Shown here: one piece after another, positions 28,442 to 38,402 of the stretch
Numbering within the stretch: position 1 is the stretch's first letter
Layout of the letters: every line of letters starts with the position of its first letter
DNA from: Bdellovibrionota bacterium
GTDB lineage: Bacteria > Bdellovibrionota_C > UBA2361 > JBIKUX01
Length of the DNA: 39,166 bases
Assembly (NCBI GenBank): GCA_044347345.1
Contig: JBIKUX010000024.1
Location: forward strand, 1 to 39,166
Direction of reading: 5' to 3'
The notes under the pieces: generated by a model
Database searches by the model: none
What the model saw: the letters and a program-made list of their open reading frames with translations, nothing else
Told to the model about the DNA's origin: nothing
Position numbers and translations under genes: made by a program

Positions 28442-30982
28442 CTAAAATTGTCCAATACTTACAGTATCCTTACTATCTTTTGCCCGACACTCAGCAATTT
28501 TAGTGCCTAGTTCATAGGCTAGAGGATGATCAGGCTTGAACAACTTGATTTTCTCAAGCTGGCTCTCAGCATCACTTAATCTATGCTGTTTAAAATAACA
28601 ACCAGCAAGTGAGTATACAAAATCAAGATCAGCCGGATGATGCTCAAGATAGACAAGAAGAGCTTCTTCAATTTCACTAAGTTTACCAAGAGTATACCCG
28701 ACTTCAATAACTCCAAGTAACGCCCTAGTGTTTTCGGGGTTTAGTTGGAGAGATTTATGGTACCATTCCCAAGAGGCACTATATTCTTCACGCCTTTGCG
28801 AACAAAGCCCAAGGCCAGCAAACGCGACATCGTTTGATGAATCAATCTCTCTCGCTTGCTTAAACAATGTCTCAGCTATTTCCCAATTACCAGTGTGCGC
28901 TAATAAAGCGGCACGACCACAAAGAGCTCTTGAACTATTAGGATTACGATTTAATACAGCGTCATAAATTGATCTAGCTTCATCGAGTTTACCCTCCATA
29001 ATTAAACTCTCAGCTTTAAGCAGGGTTGCTCGCTCAAAATTATTTGGAGACAAATCACCACTTTGGATAAGTTTGTCACATTCAGAAATTACGTAAGAGC
29101 TATTTTTTTTACGTTTTTCTTCCTCAAGAAGCGTAAGAGTAAAATTATTATCTTGAGGTTGAGGTATTATTTTAAGTACCGGAGATAAAGAAGAGTAGTT
29201 ATGCAATATTTCATTTGCACCTTTATGCGTCGGATCCAATCGCAACACATCCTCAGCTACTACTCGTGCACGCTCTACTTTCCCAGCTTTGATTAGTGCA
29301 CCTGCAAGACAAAACTTTATCTCTTTATTTTCGACGAAACGTGCGCAAAATCTTTCTAAAGCTACTACCAGCTCATTATACTTGCCAATCTGATAAGAAC
29401 ACTGAATTAGTTGGTGGATAGTTCCTAAATGATAAGGCTCATATTTAATTGCATCAATTAAATGCGCAAAGGCACCGTTAAAGTCTCCATATTGCATCGC
29501 ACACATTGCAAGTCCAGTTAAGGCCTTTCCGTCGGAAGGATTTACAGCTATGGCTCTGGCAAATACTGGTTTTGCCAAATGAAAATCACCACACATGAAG
29601 TGCAAAACCCCACGATTACGAAGAATTCGTGGGTTGTTCGGATATTCAGCCTCTATGTTAGCAAGATTCACCGACGCCTGCGCTAAATTTCCCCTCTGTA
29701 TTATCTGTTCAACATCATCAATGGCCTTTAATATAGCGGCAGGTAACTCATTAACAGTGCTAGGTGTGTTTATCGTATTTGGCGAAAATAATTCACTTGG
29801 AGACGCGCTCCAAGGTGAAGTAGAAAAATTATTCGATGCATACGAAATTTCATGAGTTTTTGCTGCTTGGTTTGAGAGCACTGTTTCATAAACCGCACAA
29901 AGTGCATCTAAGCTTTTCTCTAAAGTCCATTTTTTAGCATACTCCCGAGCTAAAGCTCGCATCTCTATCGGTGAGTAGTAAGCTGCAAGAGTAGCTTGTA
30001 AAATGGAATGCTCATCATCAGGTTTACACCAAAAAACTCTATCCATAAGATAGTCACGCGTTGTTCCTGTATCACAAGCTACAATAGCCGCTCCAGCAGC
30101 CGCAGCCTCAAGAGACACAAGTCCAGGAAGCTCAAACCAACTCGGTAGAGCGTGAACTCGCGCACCAGCATATGCGCTAGCCAAAAGACTGTCTGAAAGT
30201 CGTTCAGCTATTATTGTTTTTCCTCGTCTCACAAACGATTTAACAGCCTGAGCATAATCCGGTTGGTAATATACACCATTACTGACAAGTACTAGAGGAA
30301 TATCTATATGTTCAAGTGCCTTTAGTAACATTAATTGATTTTTACGGGACTCAAAGCGACCAACGCACAATATATAATCAGACACTCCGTAAGCCGCACA
30401 AAATTCACGCGCATTACCTTGAGCATTAGGATCTAATCCTATAGGCACAGTATAAACCGGTATTGAATGGCCGTATTGTGCCTCTAATATTCGACTCTCC
30501 TGTGTACCATTAGCTAATAAGGCGGCGGCATGTTCAACAATCCAACGATTGTCAAATGGAGCACTTGGTGAAGGGACTGTTGTTAATCCATTTTGATACC
30601 ATACCAACGGTTGTTGATTTTTTCTTACATATTCAATCAATCTAGCAGCCAAGTGATGTGATTGAGTGTGAAAAGTTGGAACATCTTCAGCGAGCGTAGT
30701 AACAACAAACGGTACACCAGCGCGATTCGCTTTTTCCGCAAAATTTTTTGTTATATGTGGAGTGGCAAAATTAAATAGATGAATTAAAGAGAATTGTTTG
30801 GGGTCTTCACTACCAACCAAATCGATCGTTACCTCATATCCTCGACCGCGCAATCCCCTAGCTAATCGATCCATAAGCACAGTATCGCCACCTGGTTCCG
30901 TATATGCATTTTCCCTATTTTGCATAAGGATGCACTTACTATATTTATCTATAGCGCTTTGTCTTCGTTCCTGTCCTTGCAT
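28442..30982 (-). CDS. GT4 glycosyltransferase with C-terminal TPR repeats
   Basis: PGGDTV, VGRFESRKNQL, PSWFELPGLVSLEAA (EX7E intact), followed by about 400 aa of TPR motifs. Confidence 0.9.
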   Translation of the reverse strand: MQGQERRQSAIDKYSKCILMQNRENAYTEPGGDTVLMDRLARGLRGRGYEVTIDLVGSEDPKQFSLIHLFNFATPHITKNFAEKANRAGVPFVVTTLAEDVPTFHTQSHHLAARLIEYVRKNQQPLVWYQNGLTTVPSPSAPFDNRWIVEHAAALLANGTQESRILEAQYGHSIPVYTVPIGLDPNAQGNAREFCAAYGVSDYILCVGRFESRKNQLMLLKALEHIDIPLVLVSNGVYYQPDYAQAVKSFVRRGKTIIAERLSDSLLASAYAGARVHALPSWFELPGLVSLEAAAAGAAIVACDTGTTRDYLMDRVFWCKPDDEHSILQATLAAYYSPIEMRALAREYAKKWTLEKSLDALCAVYETVLSNQAAKTHEISYASNNFSTSPWSASPSELFSPNTINTPSTVNELPAAILKAIDDVEQIIQRGNLAQASVNLANIEAEYPNNPRILRNRGVLHFMCGDFHLAKPVFARAIAVNPSDGKALTGLAMCAMQYGDFNGAFAHLIDAIKYEPYHLGTIHQLIQCSYQIGKYNELVVALERFCARFVENKEIKFCLAGALIKAGKVERARVVAEDVLRLDPTHKGANEILHNYSSLSPVLKIIPQPQDNNFTLTLLEEEKRKKNSSYVISECDKLIQSGDLSPNNFERATLLKAESLIMEGKLDEARSIYDAVLNRNPNSSRALCGRAALLAHTGNWEIAETLFKQAREIDSSNDVAFAGLGLCSQRREEYSASWEWYHKSLQLNPENTRALLGVIEVGYTLGKLSEIEEALLVYLEHHPADLDFVYSLAGCYFKQHRLSDAESQLEKIKLFKPDHPLAYELGTKIAECRAKDSKDTVSIGQF

Positions 30983-31051
30983 ATTGCCCTTGTAGAACGT
31001 GTCAAAATTTCGACAGTTAAATCGGTATTCCTAACTCTCTGAATACCACTA

Positions 31052-31067
31052 AGCAAAACTTATGCCT
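31052..31067 (-). promoter_or_regulatory. Sigma54 (-24/-12) promoter for the GT4-TPR gene
   Basis: Minus strand AGGCATAAGTTTTGCT: GG-N10-GC with TTGCT, 70 bp upstream of the ATG. Confidence 0.55.
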
Positions 31068-31389
31068 GAACTAACAATTCATGTTTAATGTGCATCGTTA
31101 ACTAGAGACTAACATCTCAAGTAAAGCGGGTTTATGCATTAAAAGTGAGATTTTAGTTAAGAAAAATGTAAAATATTTGTCATAAACACGAGATCTAACA
31201 CTTTTTAAATTGAGTGTAAGGAAAATAAGAGTTAGATGGTAATGGTAGTTGATAAAAAAAGAATTACTTTCTTAAAATGATCGTTGCAGAAGTAAAGATA
31301 AAAAATGATTAAAGATTTAACAAAAAATTGACGTTTTTACTTCTGGAGCGATGATTTCGTGTCAGGTTAGAGTTTTAAAAGAGGTTTTA

Positions 31390-31454
31390 GTCCGTAGTGC
31401 TTAATTACTTAAACTTTGTCCTTATTAATAATTTAAGTATTAAACACTACGGAC
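31390..31454. repeat. Long inverted repeat/hairpin (arms of about 24 bp)
   Basis: GTCCGTAGTG-c-TTAA-t-TACTTAAA ... TTTAAGTA-TTAA-a-CACTACGGAC; one mismatch and one bulge. Confidence 0.85.
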
Positions 31455-31581
31455 ATGTTTCATAATAAGGTTCATCCTCGCAGGTTTTAAAAGGGTTTAC
31501 TTAATTCAGGTTTAGCGAATCTCGCTCCCTTAGCTACAATTGAAGCTTAAACGAGGAGACCTTAAGATGATAAATTCTTTT

Positions 31582-32175
31582 CTAATGAACTTTTTTTGCT
31601 AAGGTTCGACAGTGAGTTTCTAACTTATCTAATCCAGGTTCAAGCTGATGTTCAATGGTATCAGCAAGTCCGAGCCATTGTTGATATAGTTGTTGTTGAC
31701 AAATCGTATTGCAAGACGCTGTAAGCACATGAATATGAGAATCAAGAGAAAACTCCGCGCGTTGCTCTTTTGTCATTAACTGCATTAGAGCTTGATACCA
31801 CTCAAAAAACGCTCGCAAAGTATGAACAGATTGCGCCAGCTTTTGGTTGCCTTTGCGAGAGTCTCCTGACTGAAAAGTCTTTCTGGCGTCCCTGAATTGA
31901 AGAAAACAAACCTGAACTGCTTCAGGAGCATCGAGCACTCGCGCGGCGATATATTGGTCAGGAGTATCAGTACGAATCTCAATTACTGCATTACCAAAAG
32001 CTCTCGGACTCTTACGCCAATCCTCATCAGCGAGTTGCTGACCATCGACTACTATGTCAGTTATCATGTGATTAGGATCAATTGAACTACGAACAACCTC
32101 AATGAGGTCTGAAAATCGTGGGAGGTCAAGAACAGGAACTGAACTGTCAATACCGTTTATTAAAATTGAAACCAT
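31582..32175 (-). CDS. Hypothetical protein of the flagellar/glycosylation locus
   Basis: 197 aa, AAGGA RBS; small beta/alpha N-terminal domain plus a helical bundle ending WLGLADTIEHQLEP. Confidence 0.8.
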   Translation of the reverse strand: MVSILINGIDSSVPVLDLPRFSDLIEVVRSSIDPNHMITDIVVDGQQLADEDWRKSPRAFGNAVIEIRTDTPDQYIAARVLDAPEAVQVCFLQFRDARKTFQSGDSRKGNQKLAQSVHTLRAFFEWYQALMQLMTKEQRAEFSLDSHIHVLTASCNTICQQQLYQQWLGLADTIEHQLEPGLDKLETHCRTLAKKVH

Positions 32176-32374
32176 GATGTGTCCTTCTCTGGCGGTATTT
32201 TTTTTGTAGATTCTAAGCTGTAGCGCGATATTTTATAGATGCACTCAAATATCAAAGAGTATCACTGGTAAAATTATCTATTGAGGAACTTAAGAATAGT
32301 TTGCCGTTTTAGATCGAATAACAATTGGCTTTTGTTAACTTTTATTTAAATCACTGTTGAAAAGATATTATGAA

Positions 32375-34057
32375 TTAGTGTTCATTGTTTAAAAACTCAG
32401 CAAACCTTATTACCCGACGCTCCAAAGCGGCATAAATATTTCCCATCTCATCTGCGAGAGCTAGTGGTTCCTCTAATTCCAGATTTTCTTTACCGAATAT
32501 AAACATTCTTGTGACAGGTTCCAGAGCACCATAGTGATATCCAACTAGCTCTATTTCATGGTCTATTTTTGCAAGTCGCTCAGACATTTCGCCCAAACGT
32601 CGTGGCGGTGACAACACATCATTTATAAGCGAAATAAGTGTCTCAATACTATCTTTACCTTGTCTCGCAAGTAATTTAAGCTGGGCGATTCCTTCATCTA
32701 TGTTGTTCTCAATTCGCTCATTTAGAATCTTTTTTTTCGCTACACAAAAATCGGTATACGAATGCCCCGATGGATAAAGACCTCCAAGCTCTTCTAGCCA
32801 AAGAGCCCGATAAGCTCCCCGATACCGAGCATTACTATCTTGATAAGAGGGAGATAGAGCCTCCATATCAAAAAATCCATTCTGATCAAAAACAGTACGA
32901 TAAATATTTACTGCTTTCGCTCCAACACCGATATCCCTAGATTCAAGCGTTAAAATCGGACCAGCCAAACGCAAAATAGCGAGGCGAGCAACTAATTCAG
33001 GTGAAATAGTATCGTGACATTCAGGTAAAGCACACGGTTTATTGGGATTACATGGACCACACCCAATGATTGGCTGAAGAACAATACTATTCTCACGATA
33101 TGGCCCTGTTTCAAAACCATAAGCTGATGCAAGAAACATTGCTACTACTGGAGTGTTTACAGCTGTAGCCATATGCATCGGACCAGTATCACCTGTAATA
33201 AGTAAGTCACATTTTTCTAATAAACCACCCAGCTGAGTAACGGAAGTATTACCTGCAAAAACTGCTACATTATCCTCCTCAGAGAGAATCTTTATCTGTT
33301 CGGCTAATGCTCGTTCCTTCGGTGAACCTGTAAGCACAATTCGAGCTCTAAGCTCTCTTCTCAAGATCTTTATCAGTTCCCCAAAATACTTGGGTGACCA
33401 CTGCCGCTTGAGCTGGCTAGCACCACTTTGAATAGCTATAATAGGTCCGTTATCGGTAAATACCCCACTTCTAAGTAATGTTTCAGCATACTCTGCATCT
33501 TCCTTTTTAACCGTCATTAAAAGATGGTGAGGATGTTCGGAAACATCTGCCGAACAGCGAAAGATATCAACTAAATTAAGCGAATTATAAACTCTATTTT
33601 GATGAAAAACTGAGGTGGCAAATAATTTCGCCCACTCAGATTGAATCCGGCGATGCCCTGAAGTATCTGCGGTCCAACCTCCAGACCTCTTAATTCCTAT
33701 TAAACTTATGAGCAATGCTGTATAGGCTGAAGAGGACATATTAAGACAGTAATCAAAGGAGCGGTTACGCAGATCCTCAACAAAGTCAGTTAGATATTGG
33801 TAAGAATCAATTACTCCTTCACCATCTTGCTTTAGTGCCCTAACCACAAATGATAAATCAATCGATACAACCTCGTCGATAAAAGGCAGAGAATGGCAGA
33901 TAGCTTCAAATTGTCGTTCAACTAAAACAGTAATCTTACCAGAAGGATTTTCTTTTTTAATCCCTGCGATTGTAGGTGTAGCTTGTAACATGTCTCCTAA
34001 TCTTGTGATATTGACGAGAAGCACGTTTTGTTTTTCAGGATATCTTTTTTTCATCAT
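32375..34057 (-). CDS. GT9 (heptosyltransferase-like) glycosyltransferase with a helical C-terminal extension
   Basis: TRLGDMLQATP, GASQLKRQW, LITGDTGPMHMATAVNTP; ATGA overlap with the upstream gene. Confidence 0.92.
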   Translation of the reverse strand: MMKKRYPEKQNVLLVNITRLGDMLQATPTIAGIKKENPSGKITVLVERQFEAICHSLPFIDEVVSIDLSFVVRALKQDGEGVIDSYQYLTDFVEDLRNRSFDYCLNMSSSAYTALLISLIGIKRSGGWTADTSGHRRIQSEWAKLFATSVFHQNRVYNSLNLVDIFRCSADVSEHPHHLLMTVKKEDAEYAETLLRSGVFTDNGPIIAIQSGASQLKRQWSPKYFGELIKILRRELRARIVLTGSPKERALAEQIKILSEEDNVAVFAGNTSVTQLGGLLEKCDLLITGDTGPMHMATAVNTPVVAMFLASAYGFETGPYRENSIVLQPIIGCGPCNPNKPCALPECHDTISPELVARLAILRLAGPILTLESRDIGVGAKAVNIYRTVFDQNGFFDMEALSPSYQDSNARYRGAYRALWLEELGGLYPSGHSYTDFCVAKKKILNERIENNIDEGIAQLKLLARQGKDSIETLISLINDVLSPPRRLGEMSERLAKIDHEIELVGYHYGALEPVTRMFIFGKENLELEEPLALADEMGNIYAALERRVIRFAEFLNNEH

Positions 34058-36819
34058 GGAGCAGTTTCTCCCGCATGTTCACGGTGAGTAGTCTGCTTGC
34101 GTATATGATGAAGAAACATCAACTTTTGCTCAGTATCTGATAATTTACCTTCACCAACTATAATGTCTGATACAAGCGCATCAAGACTTGGCTCCTCACC
34201 ACGCTGAAAGGCAATATTACATCTCTCATGTAGTTCTGTATCTTTTTTCGATCTCTCTAACACTACATTCCAACAAGACGACTCGGTTCTGGCCTTAAGC
34301 TCATCATAGTGACCAGCCATAATATAAGCTAGCATTTCATTCATACGATGCATAAAAGAATGTTCATCAAGTGCCCTTGCTCTTGCAGCCGTAGCTACAG
34401 TTACTCTTTCATCGGGCTTAGAGAGATAAAAAGATATCTTTTCTTTTAGATCATTCACAGAATCAAATGTTATAATCTCCTTTCCAATATCAAATAATTC
34501 CGGTAGAAGAGAACGATGATCAACAAGTTGGAATGCGCCCGCTGCAGCTAACTCAAATGTACGTGGATTAACAAAATCTCCCCTCGGATCCACTCCATCT
34601 TTTTCCTTTGAAGAGTGTAAATTTAAATTTACTTTTGTAGCATTAAATACTTTTACGTACTCTTCAGGCGCTAATCTACGTCCCTGTTCTTGAATTAGCG
34701 AATTAAATGGACGACAATCTGGCCACTCAGTTCCCCATATTTTTAGAGGCAGTGAGGATAAAGAAGCAAATATTTGTTGTCGATTGTAATACCCTGCACC
34801 AACAAAACTGACCGGCGAACCCCATCTAAGTAGCTCCTCCTCCGATAAAGCTAGAGGCATATGAACAGATGGATCACACGCAAGTGGCAAATAATAAACT
34901 CTTCCTGCTCCTGCTTTCTTTATTTCCTGAATCGCATTACCTTTTTGAATAGTAAAAATATAATCAAACGCATGTGCAATCTGTTGCCAGTAAGTAAAGC
35001 GTAAATAGTCTTCGACAAACCACAAGACTGTCACCACTCCAGCATTACGAAGTTCTAATAAAGTAGGCAGCGATATAGGTGCTTGTGCGAGGCAAATCAA
35101 AATATCGAAAGGCTTCTCACGGTACTGGTCTAGAACTAAACCAGAAACAGCCTCCAAAAATCTGTTTTGACTTATAGCACATCTCACCTTGTCGCGAGTA
35201 AAGCCCTCTATTGCTTGAAATCCAGAAGCAAAAGACTGCATATCAATTGACCTAACTCGTTGGCGATTTGAGGCTATCCCGCGAGATACACTTGGCAAAA
35301 GCGGTAAAGTCCCACCCATCATAGGCCCAAGAACAGCTACTTTAGGCATGATTCCAGTGGTTATACGACGCTTATGCACAGCTACTTTTACCAATTCATG
35401 AAAATCAACAAAAAGAGCGTAACTCACTGGTCGAGTCAGTAAGATGGGAGATTCTTTATACTTGGATAATTCTGCATCTAACTTTTTAACATCCGTATCT
35501 GCAATAACTGTTACTCCCTTCTCGCGAAATTGAAAGTCCAGTCCCAATCGCGATGCTTTCAAAACAACATCCATGGATGGCTCAACCACAATAATTGGCC
35601 CTAATCCTCGCTCAATAATTGGTGCTAAGTGATAGCCAGCTCCAAGCCCAAAAATTACAATAGGTGTACCCTTGGAACAATCAGTAGGAAGATTACGCTC
35701 AACCCAGCTTATTGCAGATAAACGTGGTGAGGTAGAATGATCTAGATGTACACCATTATAAAGAATAACTGGGCCATCGTCAGTAACTGCTGTAGTAACT
35801 AAACTTTCATCGCGTGAAGAAGATATCACGTCATTATGATTATTATCTTTTTTCTCTTGTTCTAAAGTTTCTAACTTTTCATTACTCTTGTTCGTACCGT
35901 CTCTGTTTGAGATTTTTTCCAAAATATCTCGAGTATCTATTGTTGCAGATTGCGATACTTGCATTGCATATTCAGCCGCACGGCGAGCACGTTGAAAATC
36001 ACCTTTTGCATATAGTTCATCAGCGTGTCGAGCAGTCATGAATGCTTCTAAATCAGTTATAGTCTGAGAATTTGATTCCGACTCCACTCCTGAAGGAAGT
36101 AGCTTTTTCTCAATTTCACTCGAATCTACCGACTCAAAAGAGGCTTTTCTACGAGCAGAAACTATCACCGCGTAGATTGACAGCTCTTCAAAAGATACCT
36201 GAAATGGTAGTTTCAGTGGTCTTATCCATTCTACAATAAAACCAGATGCGTCGAGTGCATCCCGCAAACCGTCTTCAGGATAACACCTGAGATGAAGGGT
36301 ATCTGTTGGGCGTACTCCTTGCTCAGCACCGATATAGCATTGAAAGCGAATAACACCATGAGGACGTAAAACTCGAGCGGCATCTTTCAGATATTCTGCA
36401 GCTATTTGAGTTGGAATACTAGAAAAAGCGGCAAAGCTAAAGACTAGATCAAAGGACTGTGCCGGTAAGGGTTGAAAATTAGCACCATTACCAATTTGAC
36501 ACTCAATATTAGGAAAATTACTTAAAAAATCTTGGGCTTTTTTAATTGCCTCTGGTGATACATCTATACCAACAACTGATCCCAACCGTAGGCGAGCTGC
36601 TTTGAGGAGTCGTCCGACACCACACCCAAGCTCTAATCCGACTGCTCTAGGTGGCAGTTCGATGTCTTCAAACAATAAAGCAACATCTCTTTCTCCGGCT
36701 TCCCACATTTTCTGCAGGTCAGCGTTTGCTTCACTCATCCAAAAAAGATAGTCGTGTTTAACTCGCCTATCCCAGTCGCAACGCATCTGCTCAACGAGCT
36801 TTTTTACGTCACGAGACAT
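34054..36819 (-). CDS. Fusion of SAM methyltransferase, Maf-like N-terminal domain and CgeB/DUF3880-type glycosyltransferase
   Basis: ATG at 36819 with a TAAGGAG RBS (921 aa). LELGCGVGR; IVIFGLGAGYHL...VVEPS; WFVED, YLPLACDP, SFVGAGYYNR, NPRTFELAAAGAFQL. Confidence 0.85.
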   Translation of the reverse strand: MSRDVKKLVEQMRCDWDRRVKHDYLFWMSEANADLQKMWEAGERDVALLFEDIELPPRAVGLELGCGVGRLLKAARLRLGSVVGIDVSPEAIKKAQDFLSNFPNIECQIGNGANFQPLPAQSFDLVFSFAAFSSIPTQIAAEYLKDAARVLRPHGVIRFQCYIGAEQGVRPTDTLHLRCYPEDGLRDALDASGFIVEWIRPLKLPFQVSFEELSIYAVIVSARRKASFESVDSSEIEKKLLPSGVESESNSQTITDLEAFMTARHADELYAKGDFQRARRAAEYAMQVSQSATIDTRDILEKISNRDGTNKSNEKLETLEQEKKDNNHNDVISSSRDESLVTTAVTDDGPVILYNGVHLDHSTSPRLSAISWVERNLPTDCSKGTPIVIFGLGAGYHLAPIIERGLGPIIVVEPSMDVVLKASRLGLDFQFREKGVTVIADTDVKKLDAELSKYKESPILLTRPVSYALFVDFHELVKVAVHKRRITTGIMPKVAVLGPMMGGTLPLLPSVSRGIASNRQRVRSIDMQSFASGFQAIEGFTRDKVRCAISQNRFLEAVSGLVLDQYREKPFDILICLAQAPISLPTLLELRNAGVVTVLWFVEDYLRFTYWQQIAHAFDYIFTIQKGNAIQEIKKAGAGRVYYLPLACDPSVHMPLALSEEELLRWGSPVSFVGAGYYNRQQIFASLSSLPLKIWGTEWPDCRPFNSLIQEQGRRLAPEEYVKVFNATKVNLNLHSSKEKDGVDPRGDFVNPRTFELAAAGAFQLVDHRSLLPELFDIGKEIITFDSVNDLKEKISFYLSKPDERVTVATAARARALDEHSFMHRMNEMLAYIMAGHYDELKARTESSCWNVVLERSKKDTELHERCNIAFQRGEEPSLDALVSDIIVGEGKLSDTEQKLMFLHHIRKQTTHREHAGETAP

Positions 36820-37139
36820 GCTCTTGCTCCTTATTTTCTTTTTTGTATTCCTAGCTCTGCTCCCTAAGAGGAAAGTACCATTCTGATAGACCAAGATATC
36901 TATTAGCGGCAACAGACATAGGATTTACCCTTTTGGTTGTTTGATGCTTTAAGAAAAAGAATGGTTACTTATAAAAAATCCTTATTTTTCTCTACGGTAA
37001 TCCGAAGGTGATTTAGCCGGAGTTTAGTTATTCGCGAGGTAGTCGAGCTAGCACACAGGATATGATGTAACCAACTTATTGCTAGCGCCCTCCAGCAGAC
37101 GAGGTATTTAGTATAGATAACTTTTAATTATGAATTTAA

Positions 37140-37176
37140 TTGACTCCTAGTCTCAGCATGATATCATAATATCATG
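37140..37176 (+). promoter_or_regulatory. Sigma70-type promoter with overlapping palindromic operator; probable leaderless start
   Basis: TTGACT (37140-37145), TGaTATCAT (37159-37167) and inverted repeat CATGATAT-cata-ATATCATG (37157-37176) ending in the ATG; no SD sequence. Confidence 0.7.
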
Positions 37177-37716
37177 AATGTAAAAGAGAGTCGTATACTT
37201 CTCCGACTTACCAAACCACTACACACTGCTGTAAAAGCACGCGCTTTACAGGAAGGTATTTCAGTCAACTCACTTCTCGAGCAGATTATCTCAGAAGGTA
37301 TCTCTCATCCTTTAGCGAATAATATCACCAAAACCATCATTCAACGGGCACAGGATGAGTACCATAAGAAGGTTATTGGATTACTTCTGTTTGGTTCACA
37401 GGCTCGCGGGGATAGCCACGATAGGTCAGACACCGACTTCCTTCTCGTTATCTCTCGAGAGCTCACTATTGAACGAAATATGTATCGCGTTTGGGATCAG
37501 TTTCTCCCGGAGGGAATCTCACTTCACATCGGACACCTTCCCCACAATCCTAGTAACGCGAGTTCGCTCTGGCTAGAATGCGCCTTAGATGCGAAAATTC
37601 TCTTTGATCCAACCGGCGCGATTAAAAACACGATTTCAGCGATTCGAGACTTTATTACCTCTGGAGCTGTTGTGCGTCGCGTCACTCATGGACAAGGATA
37701 TTGGGTACATCGATGA
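37174..37716 (+). CDS. HicB/RHH-like domain fused to a minimal nucleotidyltransferase (MNT antitoxin)
   Basis: ILLRLTKPLHTAVKARALQEGISVNSLL (RHH); LLFGSQARGDSHDRSDTDFLLV (GSx10DxD). Confidence 0.9.
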   Translation: MNVKESRILLRLTKPLHTAVKARALQEGISVNSLLEQIISEGISHPLANNITKTIIQRAQDEYHKKVIGLLLFGSQARGDSHDRSDTDFLLVISRELTIERNMYRVWDQFLPEGISLHIGHLPHNPSNASSLWLECALDAKILFDPTGAIKNTISAIRDFITSGAVVRRVTHGQGYWVHR

Positions 37717-38129
37717 AGAACAAATCACTCACCAATGACTACATTGTTCGCGGCGGCATCCGTCTCGAAGCACTTCAGGTGCTCTTTACCAGAGGGGGCT
37801 ATGCCGATGTTGTGCGCGAAGCTCAAGAGATAGTGGAGCTTGTTAGCAAAGCGCTAATTCGACACCTTGGCGGAGAGCCTGCCCGCGTTCATGATGTGAG
37901 TGCCCAGTTAGCGGTACTGAAGTCCCGAATACCTAGTGAACAACATGAGGGGCTTGATAGGCTGATTGCTATTTCACGTGAACTACGGCGAGATCGGGAA
38001 CTAGCCTTTTACGGCACTGAAGACCTCACACCTAGTGAATTTTACTCTAAGAATGATGCAGAGAGAGCTATCTTTCAGGCGCAAGAATCGGTCGCATTTG
38101 TTGTTGGGATCGTTAGAAACGAGTGTTAA
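37713..38129 (+). CDS. HEPN-domain protein (COG2250-like)
   Basis: ATGA overlap with the MNT stop; AQEIVELVSKAL, HDV, RELAFYG; 138 aa. Confidence 0.88.
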   Translation: MKNKSLTNDYIVRGGIRLEALQVLFTRGGYADVVREAQEIVELVSKALIRHLGGEPARVHDVSAQLAVLKSRIPSEQHEGLDRLIAISRELRRDRELAFYGTEDLTPSEFYSKNDAERAIFQAQESVAFVVGIVRNEC

Positions 38130-38402
38130 AGAAGCACCTCGTCGAAATGAACGCTTATATTTGTGCGCAAGGCTCTCTACCCATTCTTCGGGTTTCACAC
38201 TTTTTCTACTAATCAAGTAAAAACTGGTCAAAATTGAACGGTGCTAATTAAACCAAACAAATTGTATCAGTGAGCTTGCCACTGTGTTTAACATTACCGA
38301 CGGTCGCTAAAACGGGTAATACTTAACTGCTTCTGAACTTAAATGTTAGATCCGCAGATCAGCTGCCTAGTGGTTACGAATACACTTTTTGACCGTACCT
38401 CT

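Noticed and set aside
36820..36912. Longer ORF-track starts for the CgeB fusion (36912), fliS (38933) and HEPN (37701)
   Set aside because: Downstream ATGs at 36819, 38885 and 37713 have strong SD sequences or an ATGA overlap and fit family N-termini better.
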